Positions 53,584-64,000 of a stretch of DNA of 64,000 bases are shown here, piece after piece. Source of the stretch: Octopus sinensis (Eukaryota); the NCBI RefSeq assembly GCF_006345805.1, contig NC_043002.1:84444001-84508000 (forward strand), read 5' to 3'. Within the stretch, counting starts at the first letter, position 1; each line of letters begins with the position of its first letter. A program made the position numbers and the translations under genes. The notes beneath the pieces were generated by a model that was not told the origin of the DNA, made no database searches, and worked only from the letters and a program-made list of their open reading frames with translations.

Positions 53584-53824
53584 GATGGGCTTCTTTCAGT
53601 TTCAGCCTACCAGATCCATTCACAAGGTTTTGGTTGGTCCAAGGCTATAGTATAAGATGAGATGCTTGTCCAAAGTGCCACACAGTGGGACTAAACCTGG
53701 AACCATGTGGTTGGAAAGCAAGCTTCTTGCTACACAGTCATGATAATATATATGTGACCATGTGTGTACCGTTGGCGATTTTTTTTCCACTGTCTTCCCT
53801 TCTCTGGATCTTTCCTTCTCTTAT

Positions 53825-53859
53825 GTTTCCGACTAAGAGCTCTGCTCGAAACATTAAAC
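53825..53859 (+). ncRNA. Degenerate minimal hammerhead motif
   Basis: gttt-CCGACTA-A-GAGC-tct-GCTC-GAAA-CATT-aaac; same architecture and downstream cctgag-gtt...aatac motif as 23274-23315. Confidence 0.45.
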
Positions 53860-54224
53860 CCTCCTTCTTTCCTTCTTTCCTGAGCGTTCAATAATACATA
53901 TTTGTTCTACGTCCTCACGTTGTTGTGTTTTTTTGTGCTTTCATGTTTGGATTAACTTTATCATCATCATCATCATCGTTTAACGTCCGCTTTCCGCGCT
54001 AGCACGGGTTGGACGGTTCGACCGGGTCTGGGAAGCCAGGGGCCGCTCCAGGCTCCAGTCTGAATCTGGCAGAGTTTCTACGGCTGGATGCCCTTCCTAA
54101 CGCCAACCACTCCGTGAGTGGATTGGGTGCTTTTTACGTGCCACCTGCACAGGGGCCGGAGGGTCCGGCATCGGTCACGATCGGTTCGAGCTTTTAACGT
54201 GTCAGCGGCACGGGGGCAACGAGG

Positions 54225-54432
54225 TCCGGGGTACTTTGGGGATCAGGGTACTTTGGGGATCCAGGGTACTTTGGGGATCCAGGGTACTTTGGGGATCCAG
54301 GGTACTTTGGGGATCCAGGGTACTTGGGGATCCAGGGTACTTTGGGGATCCAGGTACTTTGGGCGAGGTCCGGGGTACTTTGGGGATCGGGGTACTTTGG
54401 GGATCCAGGGTACTTTGGGGATCCGGGGTACT
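54225..54432. repeat. 19-bp tandem repeat in the RTE 3' UTR
   Basis: About 11 copies of gggtactttggggatcca-like units. Confidence 0.9.
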
Positions 54433-57400
54433 TAGAATGGGTAGGGGGTATGTGGAATTGCTGCAGAAAGCAGCCCGGGTCTTTGTAGTCACAGCATATC
54501 TCCAGAGATCTCGGTCCTTCGCCATTGCCTCAGTGAGGCCCAATGCTCTGAGGTCATGCTTGACTACCTCATCCCATGTCTTCCTGGGTCTACCTCTCCC
54601 CCTGATACCTTCAACTGTTTGGGAGTGGCACTTCTTCACACATCTCTCTTCATCCATCCGCAGCACATGACCATACCATCGCAAGCGTCGCTCTTGCACA
54701 CCACATCTGATGCTTCTTATATCCAGCATTTCTCTCAGGATGCTTACACTCTGTCTTGCGTGCACACTGACACTACACATCCAGCGGATCATGCTAGCTT
54801 CATTTCTTTCAAGTCTACGCATGTCTTCTGCAGTCACAGCCCATGTTTCATTACTGTGAAGCATGGCAGTTCGCACACATGCATCATACAATCTACCTTT
54901 TGCTCTGAGGGAGAGACCTTTTGTTGCCAGTAGGGGTAGGAGCTTTCTGAACTTTGCCCAGGCTATTCGTATTCTAGTGGTGATACTCTCTGTGCATCCA
55001 CCTCCGCTACTAACTTGGTCACCCAGGTAGCGGAAACTATCAACTACTTCTAGTTTCTCTCCCTGGAGTGTGATGGAATCTGTTTTCTGAGTGTCTGTTG
55101 TGTCTATTGTCCCTGTGCATTTCTCTTCTAGTTCCGGTAGTGATTCTGCTATGAGAGCTAGGTCATCGGCATAGAGGAGCTCCCAGGGCATCCCGTTTTG
55201 AATTCCTCTGTTATTGCCTGAAGGACTATGATGAATAAAAGGGGACTGAGGGCTGAGCCCTGGTGCACACCTACTTCTACCCGGAATTCTTCACTATATT
55301 CATTGCCAATCCTAACCTTGCTGACAGCCTCTCTGTATAGAGCCTGTACAGCCCTTATTAGCCATTCTTCAATCTCCAGTTTCCGTATCGACCACCAGAT
55401 AAGGGAACGGGGAACCCTGTCAAAGGCTTTCTCCAAGTCTACAAAAGCTATGTAGAGGGGTTTATCTTTAGCTAGGTACTTCTCCTGCAGTTGTCGGACC
55501 AGGAATATAGCATCAGTGGTGCTTCTACCTGGTACAAAACCGAACTGCATTTCATCTAAACAAATTCTCTCCCTAATGAGATTGGTTATGACCTTCTCTG
55601 AGACCTTCATCACCTGGTCCAACAGTTTGATACCTCTGTAGTTATTTCTATCTAGAGCATCACCCTTACCCTTGTAGCAGTTGACTATGGTGCTGCTGCA
55701 CCAGTCATTGGGTATGACTCCATTGTGAACTACCTGGTTTACAATGCGGGTGACTATGGCATAGCCCACATAGCCAGCTGTTTTAAGCATCTCAGCAGTG
55801 ATTCCTGATAGGCCAGGGGCTTTGCCTGGTTTCATATCCTTAATTGCCTTATCTACAAGGGAGCTGTCTATTCGGGTAGCTGGTCCCTCTACTGGGTCAA
55901 CATTTGGCAGGCTCTCCTCCTCCCATTCATTCTCCTCATTCAGCAGTCTTTCATAATGGCTTCTCCAAGCCTCTTTCTTTTCACTAGTAGTAAAAGCAAG
56001 TGCCCCATCATCCATGCGGACACATTTCTCTCCTATAACATCGCTATTTTCTCTGACACACTGTCTGGCAATCCGAAATACTTCAGCTCTTTGATCCTCG
56101 CGACGCTGGACATTGGCAAACTTCTTCTTTTCTGCTACATCTTTGGCAATGTATACCTGCCGCCCAGCCTCCCTTTTGGCTATCTGGTACAGTTCCCTGC
56201 TGCCCCCATCCTTCCAGGCTTTCCAGGCCCGTCTCTTTTCACAGATGGCTTTATCTACTGCACTATTCCACCACCACGTAATTCTAGGTCTGGAAGGGAC
56301 TTTGCACCATCCACAGACTTGGTCTGTGGCACTCAGCAAGCTGTCCCGTAGGAATTCCCAGCTACCTTCTATGTCTGACGTCTGAAGCTCCTCCTCCCTC
56401 TCATCAAATTTCTTGATGAGTATGTCCCTAAATTTCTGACCATGCGAAGGGTTCTTTAGCCTCCAAATCCTTCTTTTCTGGATTGGTTTGTTTCTTGGAG
56501 TCCTTCTGGCCTCAAGCTTAAAGTCACTGATGATTAGTCTATGCTGAGGGATACATTCTTCACCCGGGAGGGTCTTTGTATTCAAGAGCAACCCTGCATC
56601 CCGTTGTCTGGCGAGGATGAAGTCTATTTGGTTAGCGGAGTCTCCTGACTGATAAGTTATAAGGTGGCAGACTGGCTTCTTGAAGTTAGTGTTGCAGATT
56701 GAAAGGTTACATGCATCACAGAATTCCAGCAGTCTAGTTCCCTCATCATTTCTGGTGCCAATACCATAGCCACCATGTACCCCAGTGAAGATACCCGATT
56801 CCCGCCCAACATGCCCATTAAAATCTCCACCTACAAAGATGAGGTCCTTGTTACTAGTCTTTGAAGTAGCCTGCAGAAGGGTATCATAAAAGTTGTCCTT
56901 CTGATCATTTGGTAGTCCCGCTTGTGGGGCATAGGCTGAGATAATCATAGCTGTGCCACTCTGTAGGACCAACCTGAGCTTAAGCACTCTATCACAAACC
57001 CTGACAACCTCTATGACCTTATCCACCCATTCCTCCGCAAGGAGAATGCCTACACCCCCTACACCTTCCGCGTTACCTTGCCAGTAGAGTTTGTACCTAA
57101 GTGCCTTGCCTGTGAGGACCCTAGCCGAAGCATCTCTCCATCTTACCTCTTGTATGCAGCATACATCAACCTGTCTTCTCTCTAGCATCTCTACAATCTC
57201 ACTAGACTTGCCTGTCAATGTACCAACATTGATAGTGCCAACTCTGAAAACTGGGAAGGAGATGTGGGGGGACAGGGGGGATTCGGCGCCTGAGAAGAGG
57301 AGGGTTGTTGTGGTGGTGATAGTTTTCGTGGTATTTTTCTTTTGATCTCTCTTCCAACCTGACCACACCGTGGGCAGGAGCTGGTGTTAGCAGTGGACAT

Positions 57401-57833
57401 TCGTTATCGTCACTGAGTAACGTAATTAGGTAGAGGAAAGAAATACAGATATTCTAGAGTTGAGTTGGGGGGGGGGGTCCAGTTGAGAAAGGTTTCACCA
57501 GTGAAAGAGAGGGAGAGATAGTAGAGGGTGCGGGTAATATAGGGGAGCAACCAGTGGGGAAGGTTGGGTAAGGAGGAACGATGGCAGGAGGGTTGGTGTA
57601 GGTTCGTAAGAAATAAAAACGTAGGATATTACGAGGCGGGAGGGTACTAAAAGGGGATGGTCGGATTGAGGCAGTGTCAGGAGGAAGCGTAAGATCGGTG
57701 GGCAGTTGATGAGCTATGGCGCTAGCAGCTTGTCTTTTCACAGTGAAAGCATATGAGGAGAAGGGGTAGTGGGGGGAGGAGGAGGGAGTAGGGCGTATCC
57801 GGTGTAGATGAGTAGGCGTATCCGGTGTAGATG

Positions 57834-57972
57834 GTGAGAACAGGGTATACTGGTATTGGTGGTGGGGGTGAGAACAGTGTTCACCGGTATTGGTGGTGGG
57901 GGTGAGAACAGTGTTCATCGGTATTGGTGGTGGGGGTGAGAACAGTGTTCATCGGTATTGGTGGTGGGGGTG
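57834..57972. repeat. ~34-bp tandem repeat in the RTE 5' region
   Basis: About four copies of ggtgagaacagtgttcatcggtattggtggtggg. Confidence 0.8.
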
Positions 57973-58147
57973 GGGGGCGGGCGGAAAGATGGGGAAAGAT
58001 GGGATTACGGCTTGAGGTAGCCTAAGGTTAAATTTCGTTGAGAGAGAGATAGGAAAGATAAATCAAGTTATGGCGAAGGCTTGAAAGTAGCCTAAAAGGT
58101 TAAATTTTCGTAGTGAGAGAGATGGGTAAGACGAATCAAGTTATCAA

Positions 58148-58528
58148 TCTCTCTCTATATAAACGGCAGTTTGTCTGTGCGTTTTCTGTGTGTCTGTTTT
58201 CTCGTACCCTCACTCTGACCACGGCTTTCAACCGATTCTGATGAAACTTGACACACACATAGCCCAATGTCATAATTCAAAACTAACGCAGCGAAAATTT
58301 TGAAAAGTTCCCCCAGTTCTGAAAAAATCGATAAATTCGACATGGGGCGAGAATCAGAAACCCAAACCACAGACCGTCTAGGGGACGCAACTCCACCTTT
58401 TTTACTCTCAACAAAAATTTACCATCATTTTTTTTCCATTTTTTTGCTATTTTTTGGCTATAACTCTCTAAAAATGCTTTATAGTTATTTCCCTTACAAA
58501 CCTGAGCAACGCCGGGCGATACTGCTAG
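58148..58528 (+). mobile_element. Non-autonomous Helitron, second family
   Basis: tctctctctatataaacggcag ... cctgagcaacgccgggcgatactgctag|t. Confidence 0.78.
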
Positions 58529-58721
58529 TGTATGAATAAACGTAGTAACAACGAATGAATGTATGTCGCGCTATGTATGGAAAAATAAAAATAGTAAGAT
58601 AAATTTTTAAGAACTTGCTGCGGGCATCGACCAGGAGTTGAAATTGAAGAAGAAAGTAAGTTGAATTGGGAATTTAAATTGTAGAATCGTAATGGTAATG
58701 GCGATTTTCAAGTTTTAGCAT

Positions 58722-58784
<63 letters not shown>

Positions 58785-60029
58785 GAAATTCTTCTTTTTT
58801 TTCGGAACAGTTTAACTTAAAACATATAAAACTATAAATAATAATTTGTAAATATGTGTTAAAAAATTCTTTGGACAGAAAGAGTCAACAGCTGCACTTA
58901 GGACATGAATCCATGAGACAAGCATCCTTCGACTTTTTTTTTATACAAAGGGTTTTTTGACCCAATATTTACATGCTAATATTTATATTTTCATCTGCTT
59001 TGGCTTGAACCATCCTCAAAAAGAATTATTTCCTGTTCTTTTGAAGTTTCTGAATTGTTATGATGCCAATATATATTTGTGTGTGTGTGTGTGTGTATAC
59101 GTATGTGTGTTTCTGTGAGTAACTTTACCAAGACTCTTCATTTTAATTGCAACAAAATACCAAGAAAGAAATATTGTAACAGCTGGATATTTGACAAGAA
59201 ATTCAATTCATTGTTCTATAAATCTTAGCTTGAATCAGGAGAAAATTGCATGAGTTAGTCATATTATACTTGTTTATGGATAATGTGTCAGTAAAATATG
59301 GTATTTTTGAGTAGGAGGACAATAATATACTGTTGAACCATAGGCTGCATTGTTGTTGATTGAACAGACCTACATCCTCTTCTGCTTTAGCTTCGTTAGT
59401 GTGTCTTATACATTACCTCATTGGCTTGTAACTTATCTTTGCTAAGAATTGTGTAGTGCTTATTTGTGCTTGCATGTCTTTATCTATAACTATAAATGTA
59501 TATTTAACCCTTTAGTTGTTCACATTATTCTGCCAAAATTAATGCCTTTTCATCCACATTGCCTTGAACTAATCAGGCATTATCTTGTAGCTTTGAGATT
59601 TTGATGAGGTAGCTGTTAATTTTTAAAACGATATTGTAGGGTTGGTGTGAGAGATCAGATCTGGCCATTTTGAACATAAAACAGGCTGAATACTTTTGGC
59701 CGGATATGGCCGGTTTAACTGCTAAAGGATTAATCATAGAAAAAAGGGAAACAACACAACTACCAACCTGCCTGAGACTGTTCCTGGTCCATGAAACAAA
59801 CTTACTGTTTTAAATTGATTTAAATTATAATCAAAATTTGGTGTTTATTTGTTCCAGACATCAACTTAAGAATGACAAAGTTATTTAACTTAATTCATCC
59901 TTATTTTAAAAATTAACTGAAACAAAGGCACTATATGTCAACAGAACTATGGTCACAAAAGAGTTAAATAACCTTTTTGTTACCAATGTGTTGGTAATAC
60001 ATTTCAAAAAGAACTTTTGCACTTTTCAG

Positions 60030-60262
60030 TGCACAGCACAGCTCCCATGACTTTAGGAAACATTTTTTCACGCTGAGAGTTGCTGAAGCATGGAACAAAC
60101 TGCCGGCATCAGTCGTTAGTTGTTGGAGCACTGCATCCTTCAAAACTTCCATGCTTTCTGAGATTCACCAACACTACACCTGATTTTCTCCCCTCCATAC
60201 ACACACAAGCATGTATCTGACTCATACATTGTTCGCTTTCCAGACATTTGTACATTACTGCA
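60030..60262 (+). mobile_element. CR1 3' end fragment
   Basis: Close match to about 13113-13348. Confidence 0.85.
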
Positions 60263-60274
60263 TATACTCTATAC

Positions 60275-60750
60275 GACCATTCTGAAATATAAAAATATAT
60301 ACAATGCCATTCAGGAAAAAGACTGTCTGGGAATGAATATATAGAATCCTTCTATTATTGAATACATACCCAAACATCAACAAAAAGAATACTGGTGGAA
60401 CATTCCCATCAAAACATCTGTCAAGTGTAAACATAACTGGCTGGATTTTGTTGTTTGGGACAGATAAGAAAAAGTATGTACTATCATAGAGGTCAGCTGT
60501 CCTGCTGATGTGAATATCTCTTTGAAAATCAAAGAGGAAGAGGATTACTATGGACAACTGTTTCAAAACCTCCAGCTTCAATATCCAGATTATAAACACA
60601 CTTTTATACTAATAATAATTGGTGCACTTGGTTTTGTGTGTAAATGCCTAAGTGACAATCTGGATAAGCCAGAAATCAACCAATTAATTCATGCATTACA
60701 AACACAATCTGTAAACAGAACAGCAAAACTATGCAAAGTTTCTTCAAAAT
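60275..60750 (+). mobile_element. R4/Dong-like non-LTR retroelement C-terminal restriction-like endonuclease fragment
   Basis: WWNIPIKT..KCKHN..D.VVWD..KVCTIIEVSCPADVNISLKIKEEEDYYG..L...IIIGALG fits a PD-(D/E)xK REL domain. Confidence 0.7.
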
Positions 60751-62239
60751 GTGACTTTGTTTTTATTATCTACATTCCAACAATTGAGCTTTGTAGCTTT
60801 GTTAGAAACCAGCTCCTTTCTCAGAGGAACAATTTAATTAAAAACAGAAGAGAACACGCATACATACATACATGCATGCATACACACACACACACTTCTC
60901 TAGCCACCCTTATTTATCTCTACATCTCCTTTGCTCTTATGTCCTGATCATCACTCCCTGATTCCTTAATACCATCCCTGAACCACCTTACTCTCCACCC
61001 TATTCTGATACTTCCCATCAAGCTGCATCTACATCCCTGTATGTCCCTTACTACCCTCAACTCTAGCCCCTGCCAATCTCTGACCATTTATTACCTCCCC
61101 CCTCACATTCTTACAATTCCCCACTCCTTTCTTCCCCATCCTGATTTATTGCCTGTATCCTACCTAGTTCCTTGAGAGTTTGCTCTGGCATCTCATCTAC
61201 CATTTTATCTTCTTCACAGCTGCTCTCACATACACTTATATAATGCAAGGTAGCCATGTACCTTCACTATACCAAGACACTTTTGTATATCTATCTGTCA
61301 AACTAACCTCCCCCAACAACTGGCATAAAGCCACCTCTTGCCCTTGCCCCACACTTAACTGAGGAGATTTTTATCTTTTACTTTTTCTTATTCTTTTCTT
61401 ATATTGCAAGTTAGCTAGCAACCTCACTAGTTCATATGGCAGAAAAAGGAAAAAAAAACCCAGTACACATAAAATGGTTGCCTTTTGGAAAGACATCCAG
61501 AAATAGAAACCATTCCAGAGCTGACATGAGAGCATGATGCAGCTCTGTGACTCACCAAATCATGTCAAACTGTCCAATCCAGGATGGAAACATGTTAATT
61601 AATGATGCATGCGCAGACATACACACATATACAAGTATGTGCATATGCACACATGTACAATCACATGCACATACATGCTTTGTTTCTAATTTAGGCACAA
61701 GGCTAGCTTAGTAGATTGGAGAAATGTAAAATAAAGTCCCTTGCTCAGAGATATCATATGCTGTCTGAATCAAGAATTAAACCCATGTCTTTATGATCCT
61801 GAGCCCAATGCCCTAACCACTATGCCATGTTCCTTCATGTAAATACATATATACATACAACATACAGTGTAGCTGTGTGGTTAGAAGCTTGCCTCCCAAC
61901 CACATGGTTCTGGGTTAAGTCCCACCATGTGGCACCTTGGGCAAGTGTCTTCTGCTATAGCCTCGGGCCAGCCAAAATCTTGTGAGTGGATTTGGCTGGT
62001 AGAAACTGAAAGAAACCTGTGTCTGTGTTTGTCTCCTGCCCCTGATTGACAACTAGTGTTAGTATGTTTATGTTTCCATAACTTAGCAGTTCAGCAAAAG
62101 AGACTGACAGAATAATTACTAGGCTTACTGGGATTGATTCATTTGACTAAAAACTCTTCATAACATGGTCACAGTCTAATGACTGAAATGAGTAAAACAA
62201 TAAAAAAGAGATCTGCATAGGTACGTGCATACATATATA

Positions 62240-62272
<33 letters not shown>

Positions 62273-62281
62273 ATATATATA

Positions 62282-62996
62282 TAATATTAAGCAATAAGGG
62301 TTTAGCAACGAGTTGCCTTACCACATACCGAATTTAGAAATAGCAGTCAAAGGGTTATAGCTATTTCTTCTACTAAAAAGGGAGATCTCAGTAAAAACAG
62401 CATTTGGAAGGCAGACACAAACAGGTAAGAGAGAATGAATTGACTGCAATCTATCATACATTTTTTTAGTTATCCACGGACGTACGTTGAATTCGGTGAT
62501 ACCAGTTGCGGATTCTAGCTCGCTCTGATACTGAGTTGAGTTGGTGCCTTCTGGTATCTCAAAATTCAATATATAATCATTTATGATTATAGTATTCTAC
62601 GCTGAAGAGAAAAGAAGTTTCGGTAAGATAGAATTATTTAATATTTAATATTTAATTCTTATGCTTTCCTAAAAACTTGATTTCGAAACGTACGTCCGTG
62701 GATAACTAAAAAAATGTATGATAGATTGCAGTCAATTCATTCTCTCTTACCTGTTTGTGTCTGCCTTCCAAATGCTGTTTTTACTGAGATCTCCCTTTTT
62801 AGTAGAAGAAATAGCTATAACCCTTTGACTGCTATTTCTAAATTCGGTATGTGGTAAGGCAACTCGTTGCTAAACCCTTATTGCTTAATATTACTTAAAT
62901 TTTCCTCGAATGAGGCTTTTACATGCCGAAGACTACTTGGTGTAATTGATAATTTTTCCAATTAATTAATTTCACCCTTCATTATTACGGATAACT
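62282..62996 (+). mobile_element. Young non-autonomous Penelope-like element with a perfect 207-bp inverted repeat and an intact hammerhead, inserted in (TA)n
   Basis: 62282-62488 is the reverse complement of 62687-62893; about 100-bp tail follows; (TA)n on both sides. Confidence 0.78.
62599..62695 (+). ncRNA. Type-I hammerhead ribozyme, consensus core, extended stem II
   Basis: ACG-CTGAAGA-GAAA(agaagttt...agaatta..taattct...aaactt)TTTC-GAAA-CG-TA-CGT; GUA triplet, predicted cleavage 3' of 62692. Confidence 0.78.
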
Positions 62997-63666
62997 ATAT
63001 ATATATATATATATCATCATTGTCATCATCGTTTAACGTCCGTTTTCCGCGCTAGCATGGGTTGGACTGTTCGACCGGGGTCTGGGAAGCCAGGAGGCTG
63101 CACCAGGCTCCAGTTTGATCTGGCAGTGTTTCTACAGCTGGATGCCCTTCCTAACGCCAACCACTCCGCGAGTGTAGTGGGTGCTTTTTACGTGCCACTG
63201 TTCACTGACAAAGCTTCGTGCTGCAACACGAAGCTTTGTCAGTGAATAGGTCGCGGTCTCAAAGCGCCGAAAATATTTCTACAAATTAAATTTAAATGTT
63301 GAAGTGAATCTAACGGTTTTGTGTGTTTCTTAAATGGCTTATAAACATCTTCCAAGCTGCAATTGTTTTTGTTCCAGCACACGATCTCAGATCAAGTCAC
63401 TCGCTATGCAAGTACATCTCTCTCTCTCTCTATATATATATATTGTTGTATTAGGAATGGTCATTTCGCCAGTTTAGCCAAATACAACAATATCTATTTC
63501 AACACACAATTTCACATCAAAAGTCTTGCAAAACAAATATATATATATATTGGACGGTACTCGCATGTATGTGTGCATGCACACAGCTGTATATGCATGC
63601 ATTAGCACAATGACCTGGCAATGCCGGGTCATAGTGCTAGTAGAAGAATATATATATATATATATA

Positions 63667-64000
63667 ATTAATTAATAAGGGTGAGAGAATTAGATACTAA
63701 TTTAATAGTATATCTATTCTACACCAAGTGGCCTAGTGCTCCGAGAAACCTGGATTATTATAATATTTTATAATATATTATAATATTTTTACAAAATAAA
63801 TATAAGAGAGTGGTCACTATATGGCTCACTCTAGCACCAGTTAATCCAAAAGGTTTCAACCACAAAAATACATGTTTCCCATGAAAGTCAGTACGATTGT
63901 TAGCTCACACGGACAGGGCAAATAAAAAATAACAAAAATACAGATTATTTTGGGACAATTGTTTCGCTATTAATGAATTAAATGTAATTTTACTTACAAA
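63667..64000 (-). mobile_element. Second (TA)n-inserted Penelope-like arm with a partial hammerhead, truncated by the window edge
   Basis: Begins after (TA)n with aataaggg, like the 62282 element; minus-strand GAAA-CAATTG-TC at 63954-63965 (palindromic stem III, GUC triplet). Confidence 0.5.

Larger units (their letters stand above)
53960..58145 (-). mobile_element. Near-full-length RTE-clade LINE (APE endonuclease plus RT) with one frameshift and one in-frame deletion
   Basis: ORF 57368-55158 (VGTINVGT, IQEVRW, SAYAPQ, GDFNGHVG, QIDFIL, QHRL, AFVDLEKAFD, GVHQGS) continues in another frame as 55191-54202 (LLYADD ... GRGRPRKTW); (GAT)n tail at about 53960-53977; repetitive 5' region. The 5' boundary is approximate. 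Confidence 0.95.

Noticed and set aside
54118-54435. Collagen-like GIQGTL repeat ORF
   Set aside because: Translation of the tandem array in the RTE 3' UTR.
57454-57918. 154-aa Pro-rich ORF as LINE ORF1
   Set aside because: Low-complexity, built partly from 5' tandem repeats, no recognisable domain; RTE elements usually lack a substantial ORF1.

Overview
AT-rich, repeat-dense eukaryotic DNA. The tRNA-headed SINEs, RTE LINEs with (GAT)n tails and microsatellite content suggest a coleoid cephalopod, probably Octopus (inference). Two intact protein-coding genes lie head-to-head: INTS2 (minus strand, first three coding exons, continuing off the left edge) and a complete four-exon MED31 (plus strand, 206 aa, polyQ/Gly tail). 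Between them, mostly invisible in the ORF track, is a five-exon spliced gene remnant with many stops and frameshifts. Its conceptual translation follows C9orf72 from N- to C-terminus, and it sits head-to-head with MED31 (start codons about 0.6 kb apart). The rest is mobile DNA: a near-full-length RTE LINE, CR1, R4-like and Gypsy fragments, a hAT fossil with nested insertions, mariner, Helitron and MITE elements, and many SINEs. At least eight minimal type-I hammerhead ribozyme motifs sit in short, often inverted-repeat and TSD-flanked, Penelope-like non-autonomous elements and in one tRNA-headed SINE. All homology calls are by eye against remembered sequences; no searches were run.
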